A DNA stretch of 64,000 nucleotides from Octopus sinensis. Lineage: Eukaryota. Of the stretch, positions 1-11,229 are shown piece by piece. Below the pieces are notes generated by a model. That model had not been told where the DNA came from, made no database searches, and saw nothing but the letters and a program-made list of their open reading frames with translations. The stretch is from positions 2,480,001 through 2,544,000 of the forward strand of contig NC_043005.1 in the NCBI RefSeq assembly GCF_006345805.1, in the 5' to 3' direction. Positions within the stretch are counted from its first letter, which is position 1. Every line of letters begins with the position of its first letter. The position numbers and the translations under genes were made by a program.

Positions 1-154
1 GCTCAACTGGTTAAGGTCAAACAACTGACAAGCAAATCTGTGGTATTGAGCAGAATATTTGCTGTAGGCCATCTTTTATACCAAGACAAAACAATGTACA
101 TGATAACACTTCCAATCAGTTAAGATCAGAAGCCATGAGAACCACTGCCTGGTA
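1..154. repeat. Interspersed repeat terminus abutting a (TAT)n tract (possibly the end of a TAA-targeting non-LTR element)
   Basis: Complex sequence ending directly at the (TAT)n array at 155-300. I recall it as an abundant octopus repeat; not verified. Confidence 0.3.
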
Positions 155-209
155 TTGTATTATGGTTATTTATTATTATTATATTATTATTATTATTATT
201 ATTATTATA

Positions 210-240
<31 letters not shown>

Positions 241-300
241 TACTATTACTATTATTATTATTATCATTATTATTGTTGTTGTTGTTATTATTATTATTAT
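155..300. repeat. (TAT)n/(TTA)n microsatellite
   Basis: Directly visible trinucleotide array; explains ORFs 135..317 and 155..355. Confidence 0.95.
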
Positions 301-1019
301 GTGTTGTTACATTTTGAAGGTGATGTCTTTCTACCACTACAATGTGATAATATGACTAATCTCTCTCACTAGCACCACTACCAACAACAACAACGCCACC
401 CCAACCGCCACCGCCACCACTAGCATCGCTACCACTACCATTTCCTTTACCAGCACCATCATCACTACAGAACCCCACTCAGGAACCTCAGCTCCTTTCC
501 ATCCACAACCAACCAGTCATGGCACACTGCTACAAGGCAATACACACCACAATCCCTACATCCCCCCTTTCCCCACCGCCACCATCACCACACCCCTCTG
601 TAATCACAGAGGAAGACGACTTCCATAGTCGACCATTAGTACACATACCAATAGAGACCAGGAGTCGCAAGATCGATACCAGAAGAGGCGTTACAATAAA
701 ACATCAACAGTCCAACAAAATATCGGAAATGCTGACAAGGACACGCCTTGAGTGTGTGGCTGGGAGTGGAGTGAGGCCAGAGCGAGGGATGCCCGTGTCT
801 ATGCATACCTGTGTGTATATGGATGCATGTGTGTGTATAAGGATGTAGAATTTATGTGCGTATGTAAGAATGTGTGCACCTGTAGGCATTATATAGGTCT
901 GTGTGTACGCAAGTATAGCGTTGCCGATGTTTTATTTACATGGATGCATGTCTTCATAGGTTTATGTAAATACTTTTCTTCCTGTTCATGTATCTATATA
1001 TATTTGTCTCGTATGAATG

Positions 1020-1063
1020 CATGCACATGTATATATATCTATATTTATATCTATATCTATATC

Positions 1064-1144
<81 letters not shown>

Positions 1145-1189
1145 ATATATATACATATGTATGTATATATATACATATGTATGTATATA

Positions 1190-1220
<31 letters not shown>

Positions 1221-1740
1221 GTGTGTGTGTGTGTGTTGAATGTGACTTGATGAAAGCACAGATGTGTGTGTTTGTCTGTGTGTGTGCTTTCATCATGTCA
1301 CATAAAGTATTGACTATGAAATTATTCTTCCTACGTGAAGGGCACGTATGTATATATGTCAGAATGTTTGTGTAGGGGATCAGTACATTTGCCAGTGTAA
1401 AACGCAGAAATCGCCGAGTCTCGGGGACGAATCTTATTATGTCTGTCTACGCATCGCAGTTTATGTATTCACTCATATGCTTCTTCGTGTATCGCTATAT
1501 ATACATGCTAACACACACATTCACACACACACACATGCGCACACACACACACACACACACACCACACACACACACTCACTCACTCACTCACTCACACACA
1601 TATATGTCAATGCACATGCGTATGTGCGCGCAAGGTCTCTGGCATACACGTTTATATATGTATATACAAATATGTGTATGTGTTTGTGTATGATCATGTA
1701 TGTATATTCTTGTATATGCAAATATGTGTATATATATATA
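1020..1740. repeat. Composite (TA)n/(TACA)n/(TG)n/(CA)n microsatellites
   Basis: Directly visible; source of the [12 protein letters not shown] ORFs. Confidence 0.9.
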
Positions 1741-1744
1741 GTAG

Positions 1745-2105
1745 TAATGTGGTAAGTAGCTTACTTACACATCACATGGTTCTGGGTTCAGTCCCAGTGT
1801 ATGGCACCGTAGGCAAGTGTATTCTAATATAGCTTCGGGCCGACCAAAGTCTTGTGAGCGGATTTTGTAGACAGAAACTGAAAGAAGCCCGACCTATATG
1901 TGTGTGTGTGTGTTTGTGTGTCTGTGTGTGTCCCTCCGCCAACAGATGTTGGTGTGTTTATGCCCCTGTAACTTAGTGGTTCGGCGAACAGGTCGATAGA
2001 ATAAGTACTAGGCTTACAAAGAATAAGTCTTGGGGTCGATTTGCTCGACTAAAGGCGGTGCTCCAGCATGGCCGCAGTCAAATAACTGAAACAAATAAAA
2101 GTAAA
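1745..2105 (+). mobile_element. tRNA-derived SINE, family 1 (head, internal TG microsatellite, conserved tail)
   Basis: Degenerate A box, B-box-like GGTTCAGTCCC, and tail GGCGGTGCTCCAGCATGGCCGCAGTCAAATAACTGAAAC. Homologous to copies at 45425-45871, 33640-33805 and 49170-49570. Confidence 0.85.
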
Positions 2106-2397
2106 TGTATATATACATATGTATATATTATATTATGCATTTATGTGTTCGCGCGCGCGTCTAGTCGTGAGAAGATTCGTGTTTAAACTTCTTAAGATTT
2201 TTGTTTAGCCAAAACGTAAAAAAAAAAAAAAAAAAACAGTGGTTCATGAAAGCTCGGTCGCGTCGAAATATTTGGTTGAATTCTAACATACACAACTATA
2301 CGCCCATACGCACTCACAAACATACATAATACATACACCTTTGCATATACCGATGCATATATACATACACGTGTACATGCACACCTACATATATATA

Positions 2398-3040
2398 CAG
2401 GTTGTCCCCAAAAAATGTATACACACTTTAAATAAATGTAAAGTAGGTGTTTATTAAAATACATTTCATTTCCAAAATTTAATAGAATCTACAGACATTA
2501 TTTTATTGTTTTGTCAACGCCTGTTTTCAAACTGATGTCCGTTCTGCTCCAGGCACTGCTGACAACGCGAAGCAATGGAATCGCAAGCATCACGAAACAG
2601 TTCGTTTGGTATTTGTGTGCCTTCTCGTTCAATGACTGCTCTCCAATCAGCGACAGTTGCAGGTTTCATAGCGTAGACTTTGTCTTTTAAAAATAGTCTA
2701 GTGGTGTGAGGTCTGGTCAACGCGGAGGGTATTCAACGAAACACCTTCGTCAAATTCACCTGTTTGGCAAGATCTCCTCAAGGAAGGGTCTAACATCACA
2801 TTGTTAGCGTAGGGTGCCCCATCTTATTGAACATAAAACTCCTCATCTTCAAAGTCTTCTCTAATGCTTGGCATGACAGACTGTTGCAGCAAGTTCGAGT
2901 AAGCGGGACCAGTCACAGTAGCGTCAAAAAAGAATGGTCCAATTAATCCTCTTGATAATAAGCCACACCACACTGTAACTCCTGGTAAATTAATATGGTG
3001 TTCCACCATAACATGCGGATTCTCAGGTCTCCCAGTAGGT
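2398..3040 (-). mobile_element. Tc1/mariner transposon 3' half, probably DD41D (rosa-like), pseudogenised
   Basis: ORFs 2824..3009 (VTVWCGL...LIGPFFFD) and 2514..2720 (FLKDKVY). Between them lie QxDGAP...EYPPR*PDLTPLD, about 41 residues between the D2 and D3 equivalents. TA followed by CAGGTTGTCCCC terminus at 2398. Confidence 0.75.
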
Positions 3041-3582
3041 GCAATCTTACTGCTTCACGGCTTCTTCCCTATTTCACTTATGTATATTTACATTGTCTAC
3101 GCTAGAGTTAAATACAACATTCGGCAATGAAATCCCTCCTCTAAAACATTCTAACACATTTATTTCTATTTATATCATTTCTGGGTCTTATCTCAGTTAC
3201 CATCGTTCATCACATTTAGTGATTTAGATAACGATTTCCGTTTCCGTATTACCGTTATAATATTAATTTTTTTTACTTATTAAATATGACTGTATTAGCT
3301 TTCACTTTACTATTAGATATGGAAGCGTCGGGCATCCATGTATGTCCTTCCTTATAACTTGTAAGCTATCTTGCAGCCTTATTTTTCTTTTATATTCCAA
3401 ACCCGTTTGGAAATTTCTTCATTGATGAGATGGAATAATACCGAAACATAAATGCGGCTGTTTTCTGTATTGCTAAAGATTAGACTCACGCTTCCAGGTG
3501 TTTTATAAGTAATTCGGTTCTCTAATTTTTAACAGGTAAGATTTTAAACATCCACCTGGGCATGGCCAACAAGAAAATTATA

Positions 3583-3650
<68 letters not shown>

Positions 3651-4309
3651 ATCAAACAGTTTGACTCAAACTCCTCGGTACTCTGAGTTTCAAGTGGGTC
3701 GCTTGTCGTCGGCTATTATGTATGTCTGTATGTATGTATGTATTGAGATCGTATGATTGCTTGTATATATGTATAGTTATTATTCTTGCACAAGAATTTC
3801 CTTGACATCGACTTCATAGATTCGCTCAGCTAAGTCATCGCCCGAAGATGTGTATATATAGTTCCACACATAAATACACGGTTAGTCTCCCTCTGTCGCT
3901 CACACATGCGCATATATATATACATATAATATCTATGTATGCATACATGCATAGATGTATATATGTCTAGAACACATGAATATATATATATATAACTGTG
4001 TGCGTGTGTGTGTGTGTTAATTAACGGCAGTTCTTTGGAAACGCACCATTCCAATATATAAATCACCGTTTATTGTTTACTCTGAAAGATGACCATTTTC
4101 TGAAATACTTCAGGTAAAAACGTACAAATACCGAAACACAGAATGGTCACACGCCAATTGTGGTCAGTTTTATTGTCTTAATGAGTTTATTGATTGGCCA
4201 CAATGAATACATGAAAAACAAAAATCCTCATTTGTTGGTTTCCAATATTGTAAAAGAGATATTTGTCAGTTTTTATTTGTGTTTGACCCGAAGAGCGATG
4301 GGTGCATTT

Positions 4310-5110
4310 TCAGCTTTTCTTCCTTACATTGCATCCAATCATTATCATCTGACATTCTAAAAAGTTCTTTCGTGGAGAATTCTTCCGCGTCCATTTCAAC
4401 TCCATTTGCTCTGTTCTGACTTGACCAGCATTCTCACCATCCTCCTCCTCCTCATCATCATCATCATCATTATCGTCACCATCCTCCTCCTCCTCATCAT
4501 CATCATCATCATCATCTTCATCATCATCATCATCATCGTCATCATCATCGTCATCATGATGTGTTCGTTGATGCTCTAAATTTGAAATATCATCCCCATT
4601 CAGCCATTTCAATCAAGTTATGCACTTCTCTGGCGATTCCGAAGAATTCACAGATATTTGCAAAGCAAGAAAATTATATAAATGCTATTGTACCAAACAG
4701 TTCCCATATTGTTGACTGGTTCCACACTTAATGTAACAATGTTTCCGAAAAGATTCTTTTTTGTTAAAAGTTCTTATAAAAATCGGTCAAAATAACTGCA
4801 TTTCCTCCTGCTGCTTTTTCTACGGCCTAAACAACAGATTTGCAAATGTCGCAGGTATTTGATTTTGCCTTTGATCCATTCGCTGCGGCGCAACCCCTGC
4901 CTTCCCAGCAGATTCCATATTTCCGGTTGCTACCACATGCAATGCAACACTAATATTTTCGAAAGCATTCATTATTTTTCAAGTTCTTCCAAAATTCCAT
5001 AAGAATAATTACATTTCCCCCCCGTTGCTTTACCAATTGTTTAACCAAAGGCAAACCCTTTGAAGAAGGTATTTAATTTTGCTATCATACCCTGCTTCGT
5101 TAGCTGTAAG
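4310..5110 (-). pseudogene. pogo/Tigger-like (DDE_1) transposase relic with an expanded (GAT)n tract
   Basis: Frameshifted peptides QGMIAKLNTFFK, LMEFWKNL and AFENISVALHVV resemble the Tigger C-terminal region. The poly-Asp in ORF 4310..4612 is a microsatellite expansion. Confidence 0.45.
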
Positions 5111-5214
5111 ACTGGGGTCCTACGTAAAAATACAACCGTAGCACTTTGACCAAAACCACAAAGTTACGCGGAGAGTTGTCCAAAATAAATGAAATGTAAA
5201 AATCAAATTGTATA

Positions 5215-6062
5215 TGGGCTCTGATCAATAAGTATCCGGGCTGTTGCCATAGTAACAAAGTAAAAGAATGCAAAGTGAAGCTGCTCGGCAAAGATTGACT
5301 TCGAGCTCTGCTGTACATGCGCACTAAGTTTTAACTAGCTTACTTCCGCTGTTTACAGCTGTGTTTGGAAGGAAGGTGTGTATCGTGTGATCGTCGTATT
5401 GACTATGACAGAGGAAGTTGTCATGGCGATTCTTGCACAGAGGCCAGCGGCAAGTTGCAAAAAGTGTATGGAGAGGAGTGCATGTGCTGCACACCAGTGT
5501 ACGAGTGGTTCAGACGTTTCCACGATGGCTGCAAAGAATGTCGATATTGACGAACATTCTGAGGGACCTGTAACTAGCAGAACTGAGAAAAACATCACAG
5601 ATGTGAGAGGAAATCATCAAATCACCATCCATGAGTTATCAGAGGATGTTCAGATTAGTTACAGTTCAGTTCAGTCCATTATCACTGAAGACTTGGGTAT
5701 GAGATGCGTGTCTGCCAAGTTTGTGCCAAAACCGCTTTCAGCTGACCAAAATGGCACTCGGGTTTCTGTTGCACAAGATCTTGATTGTGTCGAACAGGAC
5801 TCTGATCAGGTATAGCCAAGCTTTTGGCAACATTTGATGCAGATTCTCTGCTAAGCTTAGCCTATCAGAGTAAATGTGACGATCACATGCTTCACACGTT
5901 CCTTCCAAGCACTGCTCGAAACAGCGGAAGTAAGCTAGAATGTTAAAACTTAGTGCACATATACAACGGAGTTCAAGGTCAATCTGTGCCAAGTAGTTTT
6001 ACTCAGCGTGTTTTAGCTTCGTTACAATGGCAACTGTCCGGATACTTATTGATCAGACTACG
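5215..6062 (+). mobile_element. Internally deleted mariner element with about 185-bp terminal inverted repeats
   Basis: TA at 5213-5214 and 6063-6064. The arms CTGATCAATAAGTATCCGG...GTGATCGTC are inverted copies. Internal frameshifted HTH region: LQKVYGEECM...VYEWFRRF and ITIHELSEDVQISYSSVQSIITEDLGMRCVSAKFVPK. Confidence 0.9.
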
Positions 6063-7044
6063 TAGACTAACAAACATTTTTTTTACCTAATCTTTTCTCT
6101 TGACTTCCCAATAAACTGGGTTTGGTTGTTAAAAAGTTTAAGAAGACGTAGATTTTCAAATCACTTGAGAGATCAATGAAATAAATTTTAATTTTCAATA
6201 ATCAGCTTCATTTTCACTTTATAAAAAAATTATATTTTTGTCTCTTTTTTTTCTCTCTCTCTCTCTCGTGTTATTTGAATACATCCCTTCTCAAAGCAAT
6301 ATCCTATCATCAATAAGTATAATTTATTCAACATAATCTTCTCATTAGAATAATTTATTCATCTACAATTTAATTATCGACATAATAATCATTTTCAAGA
6401 ATATTTCTCTTCTTCTATGGGACATCTGGCAACTGAACAATGGTTTTCTTTTGAACTTCCTCTACAATGCTGACTTTATGGATTCCGGATCATTTTCTAA
6501 ACTTGTGGAAACTTCCAGAAAATGCTTTCAATAGTTTCGCGCTCGTTTCTGCTTTTTTTCCTTCCGTTGGAGCAGACCAACAGTCACTACGTTCGTCGAT
6601 GGTCATTGAATGGACTGTATTTTTGATTGCAGTCCTGATCGAATTAGAAACTTTTCTTGTTTGGAAATTCACTGACAAACCGGAACATTTCCTTTCAAGC
6701 TCATTGAAGTATCTCACAGATTAATAACACTAATACAGCTAATACATATAAGTGGAAATATATATACACGAGCAAAACGCCCCCCACCGTCCAATGGATG
6801 GTGCTAAATCATATCTGCTGAATAAAAAGCAATCAGTGTTTTCTTTTCATTAAAAAATAATTAAAAATGCCTTTATTTCAATAAAAGTTTTGGTTTTGTT
6901 AAACGAAGTTAAGGCAAAAAAAACTTCTTGAGAAACCAAATAGTCTTTCCTTCCTTCAGGCTAAGTTTGAAGAAAATATCGCTTTTGCATCTTACTTTTT
7001 TGGTCTCTTAAATATACTGCATTTTGTGGCATTATTTCAAGCCA

Positions 7045-7230
7045 GCCGGCTTTTTTTTTGCGCAAACTGCACATTCCCACGGCTTTATCGATCACATGCT
7101 CACCTGGAATCGATACACGCCCTGATATCGTCGGTATCTACATATCAAATTTGGGTGCAATCGGATGGAGGATGCCCGAGATCCTAGAAGACACACACAT
7201 AGACAGACAGAACGGATTTTATTTAATAGA
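7045..7230 (-). mobile_element. Non-autonomous Helitron-like element, 5' end
   Basis: Minus strand reads A|TCTATTAAATAAAATCCGTTCTGTCTGTCTATGTGTG...CCGATTGCACCCAAATTTG, the usual TC-start plus microsatellite pattern of Helitron/HINE-like elements. Confidence 0.55.
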
Positions 7231-7699
7231 TAATGTATACAAACAATTCTTAATGAATTGTACTTTACCTCTTAGTTGGTGAAAGAAAAGAAAAAGAAGT
7301 GGTGATCGTAAGTGACTTTCAAAGTAAGGGTGATATCATTTAAAGAATTAATTTGAAAATTGAATTTTTATTAATAAAAGGAAATGTAATCTTTCTTATC
7401 CAATAGACATGTTTCAGTCTTAATCGACATCGTCGACAAAATATAGTTTTAATAAACATGTCCACTCTTACCCCTTGACTTCAAATAAAAGTCAAATGTT
7501 TATCTTAAACATGGGTATTTAATTTTCGACTAAATTAGTTCTTAATTTCTTGAGATTGTCTCCCTCCTTTTCTACCAAATTTTCTGCGTTATTCATTCAT
7601 CACCACCTTGATACACGCCAGTTATTTTCTTTTGCTCATTTTCTTTCATCTAATTATAAAAACTGAAACGATTGAAAGAAGTTCCTAACTTTTTTCTAC

Positions 7700-8035
7700 T
7701 TGTAAAAATCTATGTACATGGATCAATACGGTCTTGGGAAAACGGTATTTTGCTGATGAGGCGTGATAATGCAGAAACCTGCCAGTAAATAATGTAACTG
7801 GGCACATTGGTAAATGGAATCTCTACCCCTATGACGGAGATGTTGCCTACTTCGTTACTATTGAAAATATTATGTCTTAGAATCGGGTTTTCAGCGTGGT
7901 GGTATCTCTTAGATACCCTAAATTATGATTTTAATAATAATTATTATCTTTGAAGGTTTTTTATTCCCATGCTGGCTACCTAATAAGATCGGTATTTAAA
8001 TAACGATCTTATCCTTATTTATATAAATTTATATA
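7700..8035 (+). mobile_element. PLE terminus-like fragment with degenerate hammerhead motif (7742-7795)
   Basis: CTGATGA GGC GTGATAAT GCA GAAAC CTGCCA GTA; ends at a (TA)n tract. Confidence 0.45.
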
Positions 8036-8054
8036 CACACATATATATATATAT

Positions 8055-9878
8055 ATGTATTCGACTGCAGCTTTTGAGGTGTACAAAACTCAACGAGACC
8101 GAGCCGTGAAAATTGAAAAGAAAGAACGCTTCAGTTATGAATACAAAATCGCGGCAAATGCCAGTAGCAATCCAAAAACCTTCTTTGCCCATGTCCAGCG
8201 GAATTCCCGCTTGAACAACCAGATTGCAACGTTGGTAGACTCAACAGGCGTATCGATTGAGGACCCTTATCAACAGAGTCAATTATTTGCCGAGGCTTTT
8301 TCAACTATTTTCAAACAAGATGATGGTCGTGAACCCCCTCCATTTGATAGATCGGTACCTCCAATGCTTCGATTGATCATCACGCGGGACCAAGTCAAAC
8401 GTGTTATTCAAGGCCTCGATGTCAACAAGGGTCACGGCCCTGATGGCATACACCCACGGGTTATCAAAGCGTTGGCTCCGGTCATCTGCGAGCCCTTAAC
8501 ACGACTATTCAATATGTCATTGGCGACGGGTGTTATACCTGCAGACTGGAGAACAGCGATAATCTGCCCAATTTTCAAGAAAGGGAGCCGCGAAGACCCG
8601 CTTAACTACCGACCGGTTTCCCTTACATCAATAATCAGCAAGATGTTCGAAACCATCCTTAAGAAAAGTATGATGCTCCACCTCCTAAACACAGCCTCGA
8701 TCACTGATTCCCAACACGGCTTCGTGCCGAAGAGATCATGCTTGACCAACTTACTAGTAATGGAAGAATTGGTGACGCGTATCCTCGATGATGGTGATGC
8801 TGTTGACATCGTTTTATTGGACTTTGCCAAAGCTTTTGACTCGGTTAACCACTGCCTATTACTTGTCAAGCTTCAAGCATATCGTTTCCATCCGGATATT
8901 GTACGATGGGTTGGTGCCTTCCTCTCAGATCGCTCCTTCCAAGTTCAAGTTAATGGTTCGCGGTCCGACGTCTCCAGTGCGAGCAGTGGCGTGCCTCAAG
9001 GTTCAGTGCTTGGGCCCTTGTTGTTCTTAGTCTTCATAAATGACTTGCCCGACGACCTCACGCAACACACCCTTCTATTTGCCGACGACATCAAACTGGT
9101 CGCTCCTCGCGGTAGTATAGAGGATCTTCGTCGATGCCTCCACCAAATTTGGAAGTGGTCTAACGATTGGGACCTGTGTCTGAACGTGTCAAAGTGCTGT
9201 CATCTGCCTGTCGGCTCTACTCCTGCAACTCAACTTGATTTCGAGCCGGGTCGTCCGCTGCTGGAGAGGACCGATCAGGTAAAGGACCTGGGTATCTTGG
9301 TGGATTCCTCCTTTTCGCCTTCGGCCCAGTGCGTCCATGCTGCCAACAAAGCGCGCGGAATTCTGTTTTTGATTCGACGGTCATTCGGAATGCTCACAGC
9401 AGCCATATTCCTGCCACTCTATGTCACGCTGGTGAGACCCATATTGGAGTATGGGATTCAAGCCTCTTCTCCTTATCTCCTCAAAGACATACAGCACCTC
9501 GAAAGAGTCCAGAGGCTGGCTACCCGCATGGTTCATGGTCTCAAAAATTTGTCCTACGAAGAAAGGCTGAGGACGCTCGACCTTTGTTCTCTTGAAAAAC
9601 GCCGCCGCCGTGGTGATCTCATTCTCGCCCACAACATCATAAGCGGGAAGTGTAACCTCTCGAAAGAGCTGTTCTTCACTCCTGCTCCAGAGCGTCGGCT
9701 GCGGGGTCATTCCGAAAAGCTCTACCTGCGACGATTTCATCTCAATCGAAGGAGAGGAGCTTTCTCCGTCCGGGTTGCGGATCCGTGGGACAAGCTGCCA
9801 GATGAGATGGTGAAGATGCCGACGACCGCTTTGTTCAAAGCCTCCCTGGACCTCAAGTGGCCTGAACTCTTTACATGA
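8055..9878 (+). CDS. LINE reverse transcriptase ORF2 (post-endonuclease linker, RT and C-terminus), N-truncated, 607 aa
   Basis: Motifs GHGPDGIHP, NYRPVSLTS, QHGFVPKRSCLTNL, LDFAKAFDSV, GVPQGSVLGPLLF, LFADDIKL, KDLGI. The ATG is created by the (TA)n junction. Confidence 0.9.
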   Translation: MYSTAAFEVYKTQRDRAVKIEKKERFSYEYKIAANASSNPKTFFAHVQRNSRLNNQIATLVDSTGVSIEDPYQQSQLFAEAFSTIFKQDDGREPPPFDRSVPPMLRLIITRDQVKRVIQGLDVNKGHGPDGIHPRVIKALAPVICEPLTRLFNMSLATGVIPADWRTAIICPIFKKGSREDPLNYRPVSLTSIISKMFETILKKSMMLHLLNTASITDSQHGFVPKRSCLTNLLVMEELVTRILDDGDAVDIVLLDFAKAFDSVNHCLLLVKLQAYRFHPDIVRWVGAFLSDRSFQVQVNGSRSDVSSASSGVPQGSVLGPLLFLVFINDLPDDLTQHTLLFADDIKLVAPRGSIEDLRRCLHQIWKWSNDWDLCLNVSKCCHLPVGSTPATQLDFEPGRPLLERTDQVKDLGILVDSSFSPSAQCVHAANKARGILFLIRRSFGMLTAAIFLPLYVTLVRPILEYGIQASSPYLLKDIQHLERVQRLATRMVHGLKNLSYEERLRTLDLCSLEKRRRRGDLILAHNIISGKCNLSKELFFTPAPERRLRGHSEKLYLRRFHLNRRRGAFSVRVADPWDKLPDEMVKMPTTALFKASLDLKWPELFT

Positions 9879-9962
9879 ACACCACCCTGTACTTAACTCC
9901 ATGTCCCCCTACATGGCCTTGCTATTTGCTTTTGAGCCAAATTAACTAACTAACTAACTAAC
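8057..9962 (+). mobile_element. 5'-truncated CR1/L2-type LINE, young copy
   Basis: Uninterrupted RT frame, short 3' UTR with a stem-loop, (TAAC)n tail, and (TA)n on both sides. GC content is visibly higher than the flanks. Confidence 0.95.
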
Positions 9963-9983
9963 ATATATATATATATATGTGTG

Positions 9984-10072
<89 letters not shown>

Positions 10073-10075
10073 TAT

Positions 10076-10118
<43 letters not shown>

Positions 10119-10206
10119 TATAGAGAGATAGATAGAGAGATAGATATAGATATGTGTATGTGTGCATAGGTATATATGTATATATGTATATATATATACA
10201 TATATA

Positions 10207-10244
<38 letters not shown>

Positions 10245-10261
10245 GTATACATATATATACA

Positions 10262-10293
<32 letters not shown>

Positions 10294-10315
10294 CATACAC
10301 ACACACACACACACA

Positions 10316-10360
<45 letters not shown>

Positions 10361-10460
10361 CAGAAGAGATGAGAGAGAAATCAAAAATAAGATCAAAAGA
10401 ATATACGTGTGTGTGTGTGTGTGTGTGTGTGCATGTGCGCGTGTGTGTATGTCTGTGTGT
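9962..10460. repeat. Composite (TA)n/(GATA)n/(CA)n/(TG)n microsatellite block
   Basis: Directly visible. Confidence 0.9.
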
Positions 10461-11229
10461 ATTTATTTTTATATTTTTTTACTCTTCTGTAGGTATGTGC
10501 TGGAGTAAATTCTCCTTCATTGCGGATGAAATTAGGGATCCCTATTCTTCGGAATGCTGTATTTCTACGGCGTTTATTGTTTAATAATTAAGCGACCTTG
10601 CGCATTAGTGCATTTATTTGCGATATAAGCGACCGAGTGTGGTCGTTTTGTTTGATCTGTAGGTATTTGCTGGAGATCATGTTCCTTCAATGCGATGGAA
10701 ATAAGCAGCGGGGTGGCGGTGTAATTGTGTGTCTATTGACTTAATTAATTTATTCTGTTTAACAATTAATTTGATAATATTATTATTCTGAATCTTTCTA
10801 AAATTATTTTGTCTTTGAATAAATTGATATTTACAATCTGCACTTCACCACATTGCATAAAATAAACTTGCAAGTAAAACCATTAACAGACAACATGTCT
10901 TTTCTACAGGAATTCTCCATAAAACAGACGATTAATGATCGCAGCAGTACTACATAAAACATCACAATGGTACAATAATCACACAAGCGACAGTACATTA
11001 GCCACAAAAACATCAAAAGACTGACTCATGACAGTAAAATATCAAATTTTGACAACATATAAAAAACGGCATCAACACAACGGCAACATGACTCCATTCT
11101 AAGGATGAGACTGTGGAGTTCTTCGAACTGCAAGAAATTCATTCAAAGTTATGAGGGTTTGGGGATCGATATAGGAATGAAACAGAAACATTGTGTTCAA
11201 TACAATTTGTCAAGAAGAAAATCTCTTTC

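Noticed and set aside
4310-4612. Acidic poly-Asp protein
   Set aside because: (GAT)n expansion within a pogo-like relic.
9381-9902. 173-aa minus-strand ORF, and other antisense ORFs over the LINEs, PLE and hAT
   Set aside because: Shadow frames of GC-richer transposon coding sequence with no recognisable motifs.
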